A stretch of 64,000 nt of DNA from the human T2T-CHM13v2.0 reference genome, Homo sapiens, in NCBI RefSeq assembly GCF_009914755.1, contig NC_060925.1; one strand, 5' to 3'. Every line of letters starts with the position of its first letter. The stretch's first letter is position 1. The notes under the pieces were generated by a model, which saw nothing but the letters and a program-made list of their open reading frames with translations, did not search any database and was not told the DNA's origin. The position numbers were made by a program, and so were the translations under genes. Positions 12,540 to 26,999 of this stretch are shown here, piece after piece.

Positions 12540-13020
12540 AATTGTACCTGCTGGGGGCTCAGAGATCAAACATCTTTATCTTTTAGAAAGTCCTTCAACT
12601 ATAATGTGATGGTAAAGGTCATGTCCCTCTTCATCAAGAGAAATATCTCCGGTCCTTGACATGTGACGTGGGGCCCTTTAGAGTCCTGCTTTCCCTTATT
12701 TTTCCCTTTGCCTTCATCATCTTCCTTAAAATGTAAAATCCGAGTTTGAAAAAATATCCAGTGTATGATCCGATTAGAATGCAATAGAGAAAAAGTATTA
12801 TACTTTGGTCTTGACATTTTCCTTTTATTAACATAGCCTAGGATTTTATTAGCTTTTAAAACGATCATCTTATACCATTAGCTCATGTGAGAAAATGTGA
12901 GATAATTTTTACATGAACTGAGCCAGGCCAGATGCCCCCTCCCTTATAGCTGTGCAGTTCAACCTGTGAGCCCAGTGTATTACCTGACACTTTCTCCGTG
13001 GTTCATCCCATCAGTCTAAC
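12540..13020 (-). mobile_element. L3/CR1 LINE ORF2 3' fragment
   Basis: Minus ORF 12599-12868 KANKILGYVNKRKMSR...HFKED resembles CR1 KANxILGCINRxIxSR...HFKxD. Confidence 0.8.
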
Positions 13021-13079
13021 CAATGAGCACATGAAAAAGAGCTGTACCTCCAGGCCAAGCCCAGTGCTGCTACACGCAG

Positions 13080-13320
13080 AATAATAATAGTAACAATATT
13101 AGCTAACATGTACATAGCACTTACTGGATGCCCAACATCATTCTAAACATACTACATATTTTTACTGATTTGATCCTTACAACAGCCTGGGGTAAGTATT
13201 ATCTTATTCCCATTTTACAGAGGAGGAAATGGAAGCAGAGAAGTTAAGCAAGCTTGTAAGTGGCTGAGCTGGGATTTGAAGCCAGTTCTGAAGTTTGTGT
13301 CCCGAGTCACTACATTATAC
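13080..13320 (-). mobile_element. MIR SINE
   Basis: TTATTCCCATTTTACAGAGGAGGAAATGGAAGCAGAGAAGTTAAG..GGGATTTGAAGCCAG. Confidence 0.85.
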
Positions 13321-13689
13321 TGTTCTGAAGGGCCTGAACACATGCATGTTCTATGAATATTTATGCTCTTATACGTAGTTCTTGGGGGAAGCTTCCTGAG
13401 GGTGGCAGGAGACAGCTGAGATGTGAAGGGTGCATTTCCTGGGCAGGCTTCCCCGCTTTGGTCCAGGCCTGTCTCTGCAGAAGTTCTGCTGATGCTGCAG
13501 ACTGCAAGCAGGTGAGGGCAGATCAAAACCCAAACGTGATTTTCACACAACCTGGGTAGGTCCAGCCCACCTCTCCTGGACACCTGCAGGGCAGAGCCAT
13601 GACCTTTGAGGCTCTGTAACTCGGAGCTCTACTCTGGAGGGTGCCCTGTGTGTTCCCTTTGAGAGACGATGTCACAGGATGGAGGGCGC

Positions 13690-14190
13690 AAAAGGACAGC
13701 CCCAGGCTTGAGATGAAGACTCACGTTCAGCATCAGCAAAGCCACCCTCTTCCCTGCCCGGTGTCCAGGGGAGCCATTTCTCCTCCCTCTCAGGCCCTCT
13801 GGTCTGGGTGGGGCTGACCCTGCCCCTGGTAGACATGTGATCTAGACTGAACCAATCCATGTGCACTCTCTCCCTGCTCTCTCACATTGGTTCAGTTTCA
13901 GGCACATGGACCCAGCCTGAGCCCATGAGAGGCAGGCCTGGGATATTGATGGAAACTGTTCTTTTCTATGGATTTGAAACCAGGAGGAGGCAAACCCTGA
14001 GCTTTCTTGGCAAGAGCCTGCCTGTCTGTCACCTATACAAAGGAAGGAAGGAGACCCGAGAGATAACTGTTTGAGCTCTGAGTCCAGCCATGCTGGGCTG
14101 CTTGGTTATTTGAGCTTATGAAATTGGCCTGTGTTTCCTAAGCTGGTTGAGTTGGCTTTTCTGCAACAAGCAAGCCAGTGAGCTCTGACA
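13690..14190 (+). mobile_element. Old MLT1 (K/L-like) LTR
   Basis: ACATGTGATCTAGACTGAACCAATC..ATTGGTTCAG..GGCACATGGACCCAG..GTTGGCTTTTCTGCAAC. Confidence 0.6.
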
Positions 14191-14589
14191 AGGACTGGCT
14201 ATGACTCTGGTTCCAGCTGGGATTTCCTTGTCTGCTGTGTGCCAGCCCAGGGCCAGGGACTGTGAGGGGATTCACATCTGCCATGAAGCCTGAGCCCCAA
14301 TGTGTCAGACCTTGGGGTACAGCAATGAATTGGACACAGTCCTTGCCCTTGAGGGGTGCACAGCCTAGTTAGCCATTAACTGCCATAGATGCCATTAATT
14401 TCCATGGTGTGGGGCACATTAGAGAGGTATATGCAAGGTGCCTGGGAACTCAGGGGAAGGGACAGGCCACCCTTCCCAGAGCACAGGGAGGGAAAATGAA
14501 GCGGGTGCCCAGGGGCAGTGACTTTTAAGGAAACGTCATGCAGGACCACCGTGATGAGTCACTTGGGTCCTGCATCACTGCATGCTTTA

Positions 14590-14825
14590 AATCCTGGTTT
14601 GACCTTTTGCTAGCTCTGTAACATTGGGCAAATGACTTACCATTTTGGAGCCTCAGTTTCCTCGTCTGTAAAATGGGCATCTACCTCATGGGTTTGTTGA
14701 GAGAATTAAATGTGATGACATAAGTTTATCACATGTAATGTGGCTAGTGTATCACACTAGGCTAGTACAGTGACCAGCGTAGAGTTAATGTTCAGTAAAT
14801 TAACTCAGTCTTTTATTATTATTAG
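14590..14825 (+). mobile_element. MIR SINE
   Basis: TTGGGCAAATGACTTAC..GAGCCTCAGTTTCCTCGTCTGTAAAATGGG. Confidence 0.85.
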
Positions 14826-16261
14826 TTTAATGATGGCAGGAACACTCCAGGTGGAGGAAAGAAAACGTGCTAACCATTACACATTCACAAAGTGGGTGGG
14901 TGTGTAGGGTCCAGGTCTGTGGAAGAAATGAAGGGATTCCAGATGGTGGGGCTAGTGTGGGCAATAGTGCTGGGGCAGGGAATAGCAGGGGTGGCACTCC
15001 GCACTGCCAGCTGGTAGCAGGAAGCCTTCCAGGGAGGAGGCAGGAGGAGAGTGGAGTGTCTGGGTTGGCGTCAGGTTGTAAAGCCCCAGCTTGTTGCTAT
15101 AAACAAAAATGCCCTGTCCTTTTTTGAGAAGAAGAATTTGCAGCTACCTAACCCAGAAGTAACTTACCCTCAATTCAGTTTGCTCAGTTCAGTTATGTTA
15201 CTGGTCAATTTCAGTAGGGGAAAAAAAATCCAGTGGGGCTGTTTTGCCAAAGCAGGTACCCACTGGGCACTAGAAGCGCATGTTAGGATGTGCCATTATG
15301 TCAGCATCTAAGCAGGGCTCCCTGAGCACAGAGGGACCCCAGGAGCCTGGCCTCCAGGAGAAAAGAGAGAAAATGGCATCAGATAATGTTGCATTTACTT
15401 TTGCTTGTTGTTATGTGGGAAAGACTAGTGTTCACTTCTTTAAGCTCCTGCAACAGTGGGAATAAGTGGGCCTGGTGAGGCCAGCACCCCCTCCCACCCT
15501 GTGTCTTACACCCCCACCCAGCCTAGCTGTGAAGGAAATGGGCAATTATCTGGCAGATTGGCTATTAAGTCAGGCGTCCATTCAAATCCCCCAGCTCCCC
15601 AACTTCCTGGATGGCCTGAGATGACATTGATCAATCTGGACAAGGCTGCCACTGCCATTTCAGGGAAAGACCACCTCTTGACCCAACTACCACCCCACTC
15701 CCCAATTCATTCACTCACTCACTCACCGGCTGACATCCTCACTCACTCATTTGTTCATAAATCAAGCACTTCAGTCATTCATTTGTTCACTCATACACCC
15801 TCATTGTACATTCACAAACACTCTTGCATCACCTGGGCACTGGGCCTGGTGACCGAGATGCAGGTGGCAGGAGCAGCCGTGGGGGCAAGGTCACTGAGCT
15901 GCCTGGGCTGGATGCCCAGGGCTTTACAGCCATGGCAATGACATGAGCCAACCCAGGGGCTGCTCCAGCAGGAAGCTGGGCAAGAGACCCAGGACTAGGG
16001 GCAGGCGGGTGTGCACACTGGGGGAGGTGCATCAACTGAGTCAAGTGCAGGGAAACTTTAAGCAATGTTGGGGAAGATTCTGGGCTCCGGACCCCTAAGC
16101 ATCAGTGGTCTGGAGTTGTAGCTGCTCCAGACTATATCATAGTCCTCTATTCCACTATTTCTTGATATTTGAATACTTTTCTCCTTTCCCTAGGGAGTAT
16201 GCTGGACCTTATGGGCACAGAGAACCAATAAGTGGTGCAGGGAGGAGGGTGAAGTCTGATC

Positions 16262-16910
16262 ATATGATTTGGCTCTGTGTCCCCACTCAGATCTCATCTT
16301 GAACTGTAATCCCCATGTGTTGAGGGAGGGACCTATAATCCCTATGTGTCCAGGGAGGGAGGTGATTGAATCACGGGGGCAGTTTCCCTCATGCTGTTTT
16401 CGTGATGAGGGGGTTCTCACCAGATCTAATGGTTTTATAAGTGTTTGACAGTTCCTCCTTCAAGCACTCTCTCTTACCTGCCATGTAAGACATGCCTGCT
16501 TCCCCTTCCACCATGACTGTAAGTTTCCTGAGGCCTCCCTAGCCATACAGAATTGTGAGTCAACTAAACCTCTTTCTTTTATAAATTACCCAGTCTTGAG
16601 CAGTCCTCTTTTTGTTGTTGTTGTTGAGACAGGGTCTCACTCTTTTGCCCAGGCTGGAGTGCAGTGACACGATCTCAACTCACTGCAACCTCTGCCTCCC
16701 AGGTTCTCCCACTTCAGCCTCCTGAGTAGCTGGGACTACAGGTGCACACCACAACACCCAACTAATTTTTGATAGAGACGGGTTTCACCATATTGGCCAG
16801 ACTTGTCTCGAACTCCTGACCTCAAGTAACCTGCCTGTCTTGGCCTCCAAAAATGCTGGGATTATAGACATGAGCCACCACGCCTGGCCTTGAGGAGTTC
16901 TTTATAGCAT
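16262..16910 (+). mobile_element. MST/THE1-type MaLR LTR interrupted near its 3' end by an Alu
   Basis: ATATGATTTGGCTCTGTGTCCCCACTCAGATCTCATCTTGAACTGTAATCCCC...ATAAATTACCCAGTCTTG | AGTTCTTTATAGCA. Confidence 0.9.
16609..16889 (-). mobile_element. Alu (antisense) with (TTG)n tail
   Basis: GAGACAGGGTCTCACTC..CCCAGGCTGGAGTGCAG...ATGAGCCACCACGCCTGGCC. Confidence 0.95.
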
Positions 16911-17252
16911 CTGACAAAGAGAAGATCAGTAAAGATAAACTGAGAAGGGCTTCATAGAAATCATAAACACCTTGGTCAGAAACACGTGATTTGAGAGAAG
17001 TTTGGGCAGTCTCATTGCCTGTCTCTGTGGTTCATGAGTCTCATGAGAATACTGCAAACCAGGTATATCTTTGATTTATTTTAAGTTACCCCCAGGCCCT
17101 TAAAGGGCCACATTTACGGGAAACGGGGTCCTAGTCCCCATAAGATGAAGTTTGGGAAAGAAGAACAATAACTTCTCCATCTCAAGCACCTAGCATAGTT
17201 TGGCAATGAAGACATACATTCATTCATTTATTTATTCAAATAATACATATAC

Positions 17253-17711
17253 TTACTATTTTCCTGGGGCTGCCATAACAAAGTGCCACACCCTGGGTGG
17301 CTTAAAACAACAGAAAGTAACTTCTCACAGTTCTGGAGGCCAGAGTCCAAGATCAAAGTGTCCAAGGCGGTGTTAGATCTGAAACTCTGGGTAGAGTCCT
17401 TCCTTGCCTCTTCCTAGCTTCTAGTGGTGACCATCAGTCCCTGGAGTTCCTTGGTGTCCCTTGGCTCCAATCTCTGCCTCTGTCATCACACAGAGGCACA
17501 CATCACACCCTCTCCCTATGTGTCTCTGTACAGATATCCCTCTTCTTATAAGGATTCCAGTCATATTGGATTAGGGTCTACCCTAATGACCTCATTTTAA
17601 ACTTGATTATGTTCGCAAAGAACCCATTTCCAATTAAGGTAACTTTCACAGGTACTAGGGGTTAAGACTTCAACACACATTTTTGGGGGGACACAGTTCA
17701 ATCCATAACAC
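17253..17711 (-). mobile_element. MLT1C-like LTR
   Basis: GGGGCTGCCATAACAAAGTGCCACA..TTCTCACAGTTCTGGAGGCCAG...GGGGACACAGTTCAATCCATAACA. Confidence 0.88.
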
Positions 17712-17984
17712 CTTCTATTTGCCAGGTCAGCTGATAGGCATTGGAGGAAAATACCTGTTGAATAGACAACTTCACTCTTCCCTCCTACTACAGTCCTTCA
17801 AATGGACCACTTCACTCCTTCACCCCACCATGATCCTATTGGGAAAATGCTGGTGAGGGGCTGAGGACCCAGCTCAGCGGAAACATTCCTGGATCCCAGG
17901 CTCACTGGGAAGCCCCACCTCACTTCTGTCTCTATGAGCCCGAGCCTTACCTACCTGTTTCAGCCCCTAGCAGAGTTCTGCGGC

Positions 17985-18270
17985 TCATCAGTAACCATAA
18001 GAGGAGCAGTGGGCAGAATAAATCTCACTTCAAAATTAATGTAGCTCGGGAAAAAAAGTACATTTACTCATTTCAACTTCTTGTTGCAAGACTCATAAGT
18101 GAATAAATCCAAAATAAATGTAACCGGGATGAAGGGAGAAGCCACGATAAATGCAATCCCATCGCCCTAAATGAAGACAAAGGCTTCGAGACAATATTAA
18201 ATTCCATCCCCAAAGGCTCATTTCATTTCAGACCCAGATTTCCACAAAATCGAGTTTTCCAGCCAAGCTA
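17985..18270. promoter_or_regulatory. Candidate enhancer (AT-rich unique block)
   Basis: Repeat-free, AT-rich, retains CpGs, contains AATTAAT, AATAAAT, GATAA motifs. Confidence 0.35.
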
Positions 18271-18402
18271 AGCCCGCTTCTGCTCCTGTCCTCCACTTGC
18301 CACACTCCCTCCCCTGATAAACAAGCTTTTGCTCCCCCTTCCCACCAGGCTGCTTGTGGTCTCAGCTGTGTAGGTTGCCTGCTCTCATGCCAGCAAGTCC
18401 CC

Positions 18403-18777
18403 TGTATTAGTCTGTTCTCACACTGCTAATGAAGACATACCTGAGACTGGGTAATTTATAAAGGCAAGAAGTTTAATTGACTCACAGTTAAGCATGGCTA
18501 GGGAGGCCTCAGGAAACTTACAATCATGGCGGAAGGGGAGGCAAACACATCCTTCTTCACATGGTGGCAGAAAGAGAAGAAGTGCCAAGCAAAAGGGGGA
18601 AAAGCCCCTTATAAAACCATCAGATCTTGCGAAAGCTCACTCGATATCACAAGAACAGCATGAGGGTAACTGTCCCGGTGATTAAATTACCTCCCACCAG
18701 GTCTCTCCCATGACATGGGATTATGGGAACTACAATTCAAGATGAGATTTGGGTGAGGACACAGCCAAATCATATCC
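18403..18777 (-). mobile_element. THE1 solo LTR
   Basis: TGTATTAGTCTGTTCTCACACTGCTAATGAAGACATACC...CAGCCAAATCATATC. Confidence 0.93.
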
Positions 18778-19396
18778 AAACTCCAAAGATATGGTGACTG
18801 CCTCAGATCCCAGCTGGACAGCTTCAGCCACATTCTGGGGACCCACAACATCTGCTTGGACTTCCAGGATTTGCATATTCTTCTCTGTATCCCCTGGACT
18901 ATGAGCAGGGATGTACGCACCTCTGTGTCTCAACACATGCAGGTTGGGTGTTCAGTCCTGGAGGTGCAAAGCTGGATGCTCAACTCTGACCAGTCTTCTG
19001 GCCAAACTGGTTAAACCTGGGGTGCTGGGGCTGGAGGCAGGGTCATGCTTCGCTTGATACTGTTTCCTGGCAATTCAATGACTGCAGAGCTCATCCTTGC
19101 CCTCCTACAGAGCTAGCATGTGGGTATCCTTGGGGTAAGGGACCCTAGAGTGGGGAATACAGAGAGATGAGAAATTGGCGTCTCTCTTCTCAGGAGGGTT
19201 CCCAGCTGCTGTGGGAAGACTTGTCTCTTCTGCAAAGGAAGTTGATCCAGCCGTTTTCCACAGAGGGTGAGCTCCAACGGCAGGAGCTGCATCCGCCTGT
19301 TCGTAGTGGACCCCATCCCATATGTCTGGCATGAAACCAGGCACATTCAGGACATCAAAATATACTTGTTGAATTGATTTAAGTGGCTCTAAATCA

Positions 19397-19720
<324 letters not shown>

Positions 19721-20057
19721 TCACTGACCAGTTCTTCAACTTCAGTGATGTCACCAGCCAGGTGATCTTGGGTAGATTGTCTATCAAACTTCACACACTG
19801 GGCTGAGTATCTCACTGTCAGAATGACTAAACTGAATTGACTGAACTCTGAGTATGTGGTGAAAGGTTTTTAGGGAATCCAGTGAGATTCCTGATGGAGC
19901 TGACAGATGTCTGTCACCTATGCCCACAGTTAAGTCTCTGTGTCAGAATTATGCCAATGTCAAGAATTTTGTTACCTGTACCTGCTCCTATCCGCCCCCT
20001 CCCAAGTCTAGGCTGTGGACATTGTGAACTTGCTGTTGCTTTTAGGGGTAGGTTTAC

Positions 20058-20262
20058 TTTTTTTTTTTTTTTTTGAGACAGGGTCTCACTGTTGCCCAGG
20101 CTGGAGTGCAGTGGCATGATTATTGCGCACTGCAGCCTCAATCCCCTAGGCTCAAGCGATCCTCCCACCTCAGCCTCCTGAATAGCTGGGACTTCAGGCA
20201 CATGCCACCACACCCAGCTAATTTTCTGTAGAGACGAGGTTTTGCCATATTGCCCAGGCTGG
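20058..20262 (-). mobile_element. 5'-truncated AluJ-like, TSD AGGTTTACTTT
   Basis: poly(T), GCTCAAGCGATCCTCCCACCTCAGCC; TSD at 20050 and 20264. Confidence 0.93.
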
Positions 20263-21199
20263 CAGGTTTACTTTTAACAACAGTGAACAATAACAGTAAC
20301 AATAGCAATGCTGGCCAAGTCTTAGCACCTGCCTTGTGCCCTCTCCTTTCTGCAGGCTTATGTAGCGATCCATTCAATAAATCTTGTTCGGATGCCTCCC
20401 ATTTGCTAGGTCCTGCTTTAATGGTGCTGGGATGGCTCTGGTGTCATGAAGTTTGCATGCTGGCATGGGTAGTATATTCCGTTTTATTCTATTATGCTGT
20501 AGTGGAGGTAGTTATATTATTTATGTTATGTTATGTTATATAAAATTTATATCATATTATATGAAATTTATCTTGTTTTATCATGTTATATTATATCATG
20601 GTGTATCATTTCCATTTAACCTTCATAATGGCCCTCCTAGGAAGGCATTATCATCTTCATTTTAAAGCCAGGAAGACAAGTTCAGACAGATAAGTGACTT
20701 GCTAAGTGCCCCCTGCCGGTGAGTGAGAAGGTGGTGCTGTGGGTGAGCACAGTGTGGGGCGGATGGGTTTGGGAGTGGGATGAGCCAGGGTTTGAATCTG
20801 AGAGTGTGGCCTCCCCCGCTCCAAACCTCAGGATTTTCACCTATAATGTGGAGATGATAGAGTTTCCCTCTCGGATGGCTGTAAGAATCACGTGGGATGA
20901 CGTGTGTGCCTAGCTCAGCTCCTGCCTCATCGTTGGTGCCTGGTAAGAGCCATGTCTGCTGTGGCAATGGTCATGGTCATTCCAAGGGAGACCATGAAGC
21001 TGCTCCATGGCAGGACCCAGGGCTCTGGTCTCCTGCCCTGGAGCTGCTGCTGTTACCCCATAGTTCAAAGACTGAGGAAGAGTCCATAGCCCCCTACTCC
21101 TCACTTGCACTCCAGCCGTGGGGTGGTGGTCTGGAGGAGGGTCTGCCCCTCCAGCTCATTGGCTGTCATTTGTTCCCAGGCTCACAGGGGCTTCAAGGT

Positions 21200-21370
21200 G
21201 TCAGGTTAAGAGCACAGCCCTGGGCCCAGACTGAGGGTTCCAATCCTGGCTCTGCCACTTCCTCACCATGTGAACTGGGGCAAATTACATTTGCTGTGGC
21301 TCATCTGTAAAATGAAGTTGTACGTCCCGTGGTTATTGGGAGGGTGAAGTACCTGCCAAGTGCCCAGGAC
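21200..21370 (+). mobile_element. MIR SINE
   Basis: GGTTAAGAGCACAG..GGGTTCCAATCCTGGCTCTGCCACTT..CTCATCTGTAAAATG. Confidence 0.8.
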
Positions 21371-21799
21371 AGAGCTTGTCCCGTGGAGAGTGCTGTGTAG
21401 GGGGCAGTCGTCATCAGCCTGTGGATGCTGCAGGCCAGGTGGTGCTGAAACAGGCCTTTCCCTGCTGCTGAGAAACTGGGTGAGAAGCCACTTGGCCAAG
21501 ACAGGAGGCACATTCTCCATCAAAGGGAATTGCAAATTAGTCTTAAAAATGAAGCACCAGGGAGAGATGGTGGCTTTGTCAAGAAACTCAGGAGTCAGGC
21601 AGATACTTCTGCCTGGTCCTGCGCCAAACTCTCTGGGAGCAGCGTGTCCAGGAGCCTCACCCTTGACCCTGACTCCCCTCTTGCCTCCAAGGGACCCAAA
21701 GGGGCTCACATAGATGGCGTGGGTGGCTTCCTGTAGTGTAGTTTCCAGGATCACAGCCCCAACCACCCATTTTTCAGTTCCGTAAATCATACTTAGTTT

Positions 21800-22072
21800 T
21801 TAATTGATTTTTTTATTTTTAATTTTTTTACAACTCAATGGTTTTTAGTATATCCACAAAGTTGTGAAACCATTACCACAATCAATTTTAGAACATTTTA
21901 TCACTCCAAAAAGAATGCCATTTAGCTATCACTCCCTCCCCGCGATCCCTCCACCCACCGCCCCAGGCCCTGGCAACCACTAATCTACTTTCTGTCTCCA
22001 TAGAATTGCCTATTCTAGACATTTCACATAAACGGAATCATATACTATGTGGTCTTTTGTGACTGGCTTCTT
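21800..22072 (-). mobile_element. L1MB-like 3' end
   Basis: CCCTGGCAACCACTAATCTACTTTCTGTCTCCATAG..GCCTATTCTAGACATTTCACATAAACGGAATCATA. Confidence 0.9.
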
Positions 22073-22996
22073 TGGATTTATTGCATAGACCTCCACATGG
22101 ACAGAGTTGGGGGGTGGGGCTCCCTTAGATCATTGAACCAAATCCTTCATATTTCAGATGTGAAAGTGAAGCCCAAAGAGGGGCAGTCACTTGAGCACCC
22201 TCAGGCTCACGATTAGAACTTGAGTCTCCAGATGCCTATTCTGATCTGCTCTTCCTCCCTTCCCCCAGGAAGCTGGGGTCAGGAGCTGTTTAAAGATATG
22301 ATCCTGGGAAGGGAATGAGTTCCGTTGGTGGAGCAGTAGTTAAGCAGTTGCCTTCCATCCTTCATTCGTTCGTTCTTTCCTTCCTTCGTCCATTCCTTCA
22401 CTTGCAAGTAGTAACATGGCAGGCTCTGTTTGAGGCAATGGAAAGATGGAGGAGAACAAGACAGAGAGGCCTGGCCTGTGAAACTTACATAGAAACAGAC
22501 ACACACAAAAGGAACTGTCAGATTGCAACCAGTGCTATGCACAGAGCAAAAGAGGGAAGCTGGGGAGAGTGACTGGCCTGGGGAAGCTACTACTTCAGTT
22601 TGTGGGGGTCAGAGAAGGCTCCTGGAAAAGAGGGTATTTGGTGTGAAGAAGGCAGCCGTGCCAAGGTCTTGGGGAAAAGCATTAAGAAGCAGGAACTGCA
22701 TTTAGGGGCTGAATTTGGAGTGGCACAGAGTGGTTGCAGAACAGGCCAGTGTGGCTGGGGCGTCCGTCTGGGCACAGTGGCAGGAGGTAAGGTTTTCTGT
22801 TCCCTCCACCCTCCCAAGTCCATTTACACATAGTCATGCAGTTTTTTGCTTATGATGTTATCTCCTCTGCCAGCCTGGAGGGCAGGGCCTAAATCATAGG
22901 GACCTCTTAGTGCCTGCTGCCTAGCATGGGGCATGGTTCCCACCAGGGGTCTAGTCTGTGTTCGAATTGATGCCTTCACAAGGATCCCCACCATTG

Positions 22997-23277
22997 GGCC
23001 AGGCACGGTGGCTCATGACTGTAATCCTAGCACTTTGGGAATATGAGGTGGGAGGATCACCTGAGGTCAAGAGTTCAAGACCAGCCTGGCCAACATGGCG
23101 AAACCCCGTCTCTACTGAAAACACAAAAATTAACCGGATGTGGTGGTGGGCGCCTGTAATCTCAGCTTCTGGGGAGGCTGAGGCCAGAGAATCTCTTGAA
23201 CCAGGGAGGCGGAAGTTGCAGTGAGCCAAGATCGCGCCACTGCACTCCAGCCTGGGTGACAGAGTGAGACTCCATCT

Positions 23278-23307
<30 letters not shown>
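22997..23307 (+). mobile_element. Alu (AluS-like) with (CAA)n tail
   Basis: Full dimer; CAA repeat 23278-23307. Confidence 0.97.
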
Positions 23308-23308
<1 letters not shown>

Positions 23309-23499
23309 CTCCATTGTTGGTTTTCATGACAGTGGGTTGACATCAATGAAGGTCAGTGGAAGGCAGCTGCAGATCCCAGAGAGGTGTCAGGTGAGGAGTC
23401 CTGGGGAAAAGGAGTTGAACTGGGCTGCCAAAGACACTCTCTGCCCGGCGCTCTTGCCTGCTTCCTGTTCCTCGGTTCTTTCCCGTGCCCTTGTCCCTT

Positions 23500-23840
23500 C
23501 TGTCGTTTCTCCTTGAGAATCAAGTTGTTTGGAAAAGAGAAAACCAGTTGCATAACTGTGTCCGTTGGCAGGCATGTTCTAATTTTAAAAAATGTGTCAC
23601 TCTCCAAGCTGCGCGTCCCTTAATCAGGCAATTACTTTATGATGTAGTAGAGTTAAGGGGTTGGGGGGGAGCCACCAACCCTTGAAATCTCAAACAATTT
23701 CTTAGTAGAATTAATTTGGTAAATGTTTGACTTGAGCTCAAGAATATCTTTTGTTTCCATTTCTAAATGACAAAAGGGACACAAAAGAAAAGTAATAATT
23801 TGGTATTAATCAATCCTTTTCATTAAAATTAGCTCCCCAA
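23500..23840. promoter_or_regulatory. Candidate enhancer (homeodomain-motif-rich unique block)
   Basis: TTAATCAG, TTTATGA, AATTAATT, ATTAATCA (PBX-HOX type TGATTAAT on minus, 23805-23812), CATTAAAATTAG. Confidence 0.4.
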
Positions 23841-23987
23841 ACCAGGGATGTCATGGAAACAGCAAGTGTCAGGAGAAGGGCTTGGAGCCTGGAAGGGGGT
23901 GGGGAACAGGGTTATTAAGTGGTCATGGCTCAGGGACACAGGACAAGACAGAATAGGTATCAACGGCACTGAAAATAGTAACCATCA

Positions 23988-24767
<780 letters not shown>

Positions 24768-26999
24768 TCACCCAGAACTGTCTGTTCTCCTGTGAGGGCT
24801 GCATTCCAAATCTTCCCTGAGCTTCTCCCTTCATCAAAATACCTACTCAGGCCTTTCTGTCCTTCCCCTCAGCCTCCTGTGTCATGATGACTTAATACAC
24901 CCTTGTTTACTGTGACCTTTGTGTTGTTAAACCCAAGAAATCACAGAAGCTCTCGGTCCAGCATCTGCCTCGGTTGGTGGAGGAAACATTCTGAGCTGGA
25001 AAGGTTGGGGCGGGGGGCAGGGCAGTTGCCAGTTTTCCATCATCTCTGACTCTATTCCCCATGGCTAACGCTCTCTCTCTAAACCTAAGCATCAGAACTC
25101 TTTCTCCTTCCTCCGATCCGCCCCAGCTCTTTCTTACGCAGAACATAAGCCATCCTGGCCCTGTCTTTCCCCATTTGCTCCTTGTCTCTTTATCCGGTCT
25201 TCTATGTGGGCTGAGCACACCGGGCTGGCTGTTATGGAGGTGGAGGGGTGGGAGAGTCTCCTAGCTGGCAAACACACTTCCATTAGGGGAAGTTGAGGGT
25301 GGTAGGGAATCCTCACTTGAGAACATAACTTGTCCCTGTTGCAAGATCACATATTACAATGACTCTGCCACCTGGATTTTTAACAGCTCTTGTTATCTGC
25401 TAAGTTATAGGTGTGTCTTGAAACACCATGAAGTCCAAGGGGCCCAACAGAGTATTCCCACCAAGGGATGGTTGGTGACTGGTTCCGTGAAAGGCTCATG
25501 TGTGGGGGCAATGAGTGCCTTAGCCTAGGAAGCCCCTGGAGAATCCCAAGGCCTCTGATGAGTCAAAATGGGAAGCCCTAGGCAAGCAATTGCTCCATGT
25601 CAGGCTTCAGGCTTTGGAAAGAAAAGCGACCGATTATTAAGCCCCCAGTGTATACAAAGTACTCAAGTACCCGCAAGATAGATATTATTTTCCCCATTGC
25701 GCAGATGAAAAACCTGAGTCTCAGAGAGGTTAATTCACTTGCTCAAAGCTGCACAGCTCATAAGTGGCAGAAAGAGGACTCAGTCTAAGTCTGCCTGATG
25801 TTACAACCTGTTCCTCAACTGTTACAGCCCTCTGGCTTCCCAAGAATAGGATCTGTTTGCCTATCTACTGAAAGAGATACAACCTCATGACACCTTCCTG
25901 GAAGACAGCATTGGGGGACAAAGTTTGTGATGTCTTTCTTTTGGGCATTTTGGGGATGCGGAACAGGCTGGGGCTTCTCCTTGGGTTACCATTTCAATCT
26001 CTGTCTATCATTTGGTGATCATGGTGAGAATCTGCAAGAGGCAGTACGTGGACTCATGCATTTGATCGTTCAAAGTCATGTTTACCATGTCCTGGCTGTG
26101 TGCTGGGAACTGTGACAGATGCCACAGCGGTGAACACAACTCGTTTGGTCCCTGTCAGCAGACATTTGCAGTCTTGTCAGGAATATGGCATTTGAACAAG
26201 TAATTAAAACATGGTGTCTGTCGGGGCGCAGTGCTGTATTTTCAGGAGGAAGGGGATTATGTGTTTGTAAAACCACAAGAAGGTCTGAAAAGGCAGGGTT
26301 CAAGGCTAAGCTTCCAGGAATGGATGTCAGAACAAGTCAGGCCCGGATCATGAAGCAGCTGGGACCGCTGAGATTATGCCAATGCCCTGCTATCGGATTT
26401 GAGCCCCTATCCTGATCCACAGCCCCCACATAGGAGGAGGTGATGGAGGGACCCTAATGCTGTGATTCAGTGATTAAGGCTCAAAAAGCTGTCCCCACCA
26501 TCACTCCTTTATGACACCCAGGATGCTGGTGAATAAACCTAGAAATTGGCTGTAGGAAAATCACAGCTATCTAACCAGCAGAGAGGGTCAGTAGTCCACC
26601 TCATGTCTGCCTCCTCAGTGCTGTGCAAGTATATGGATTGGTGGAAACTTGGTTTTATCCTGAATCCAAGCTACAGAGAAATCTGGGAGATGGGGATTTC
26701 AGCCTTCCAGACCATGAGTTACAGGAAGAAACAGAGAAGGGGCTTGGAATGGAAGCTTGCACTGATGGATGCCATGCAGGGCAGCCCTGAGGGTTTCAGG
26801 AACAAAGGCCCACAGAATGCTGTGGGAGGATGAGGAGGAGGTGAATCCAGACTGTGGGGGCAGAGGCAGCTTCCCTGGGGAAGGTGCTGTCCAAGCTGCC
26901 ATCAGAATGGTGCAGATGGAATACTCCAGGCTGGGGAAACAGCATGTGCAAAGGCCCTGAGACTGGGGTGGAGGGAAGCATAGATACCTGTGCCCTGTG

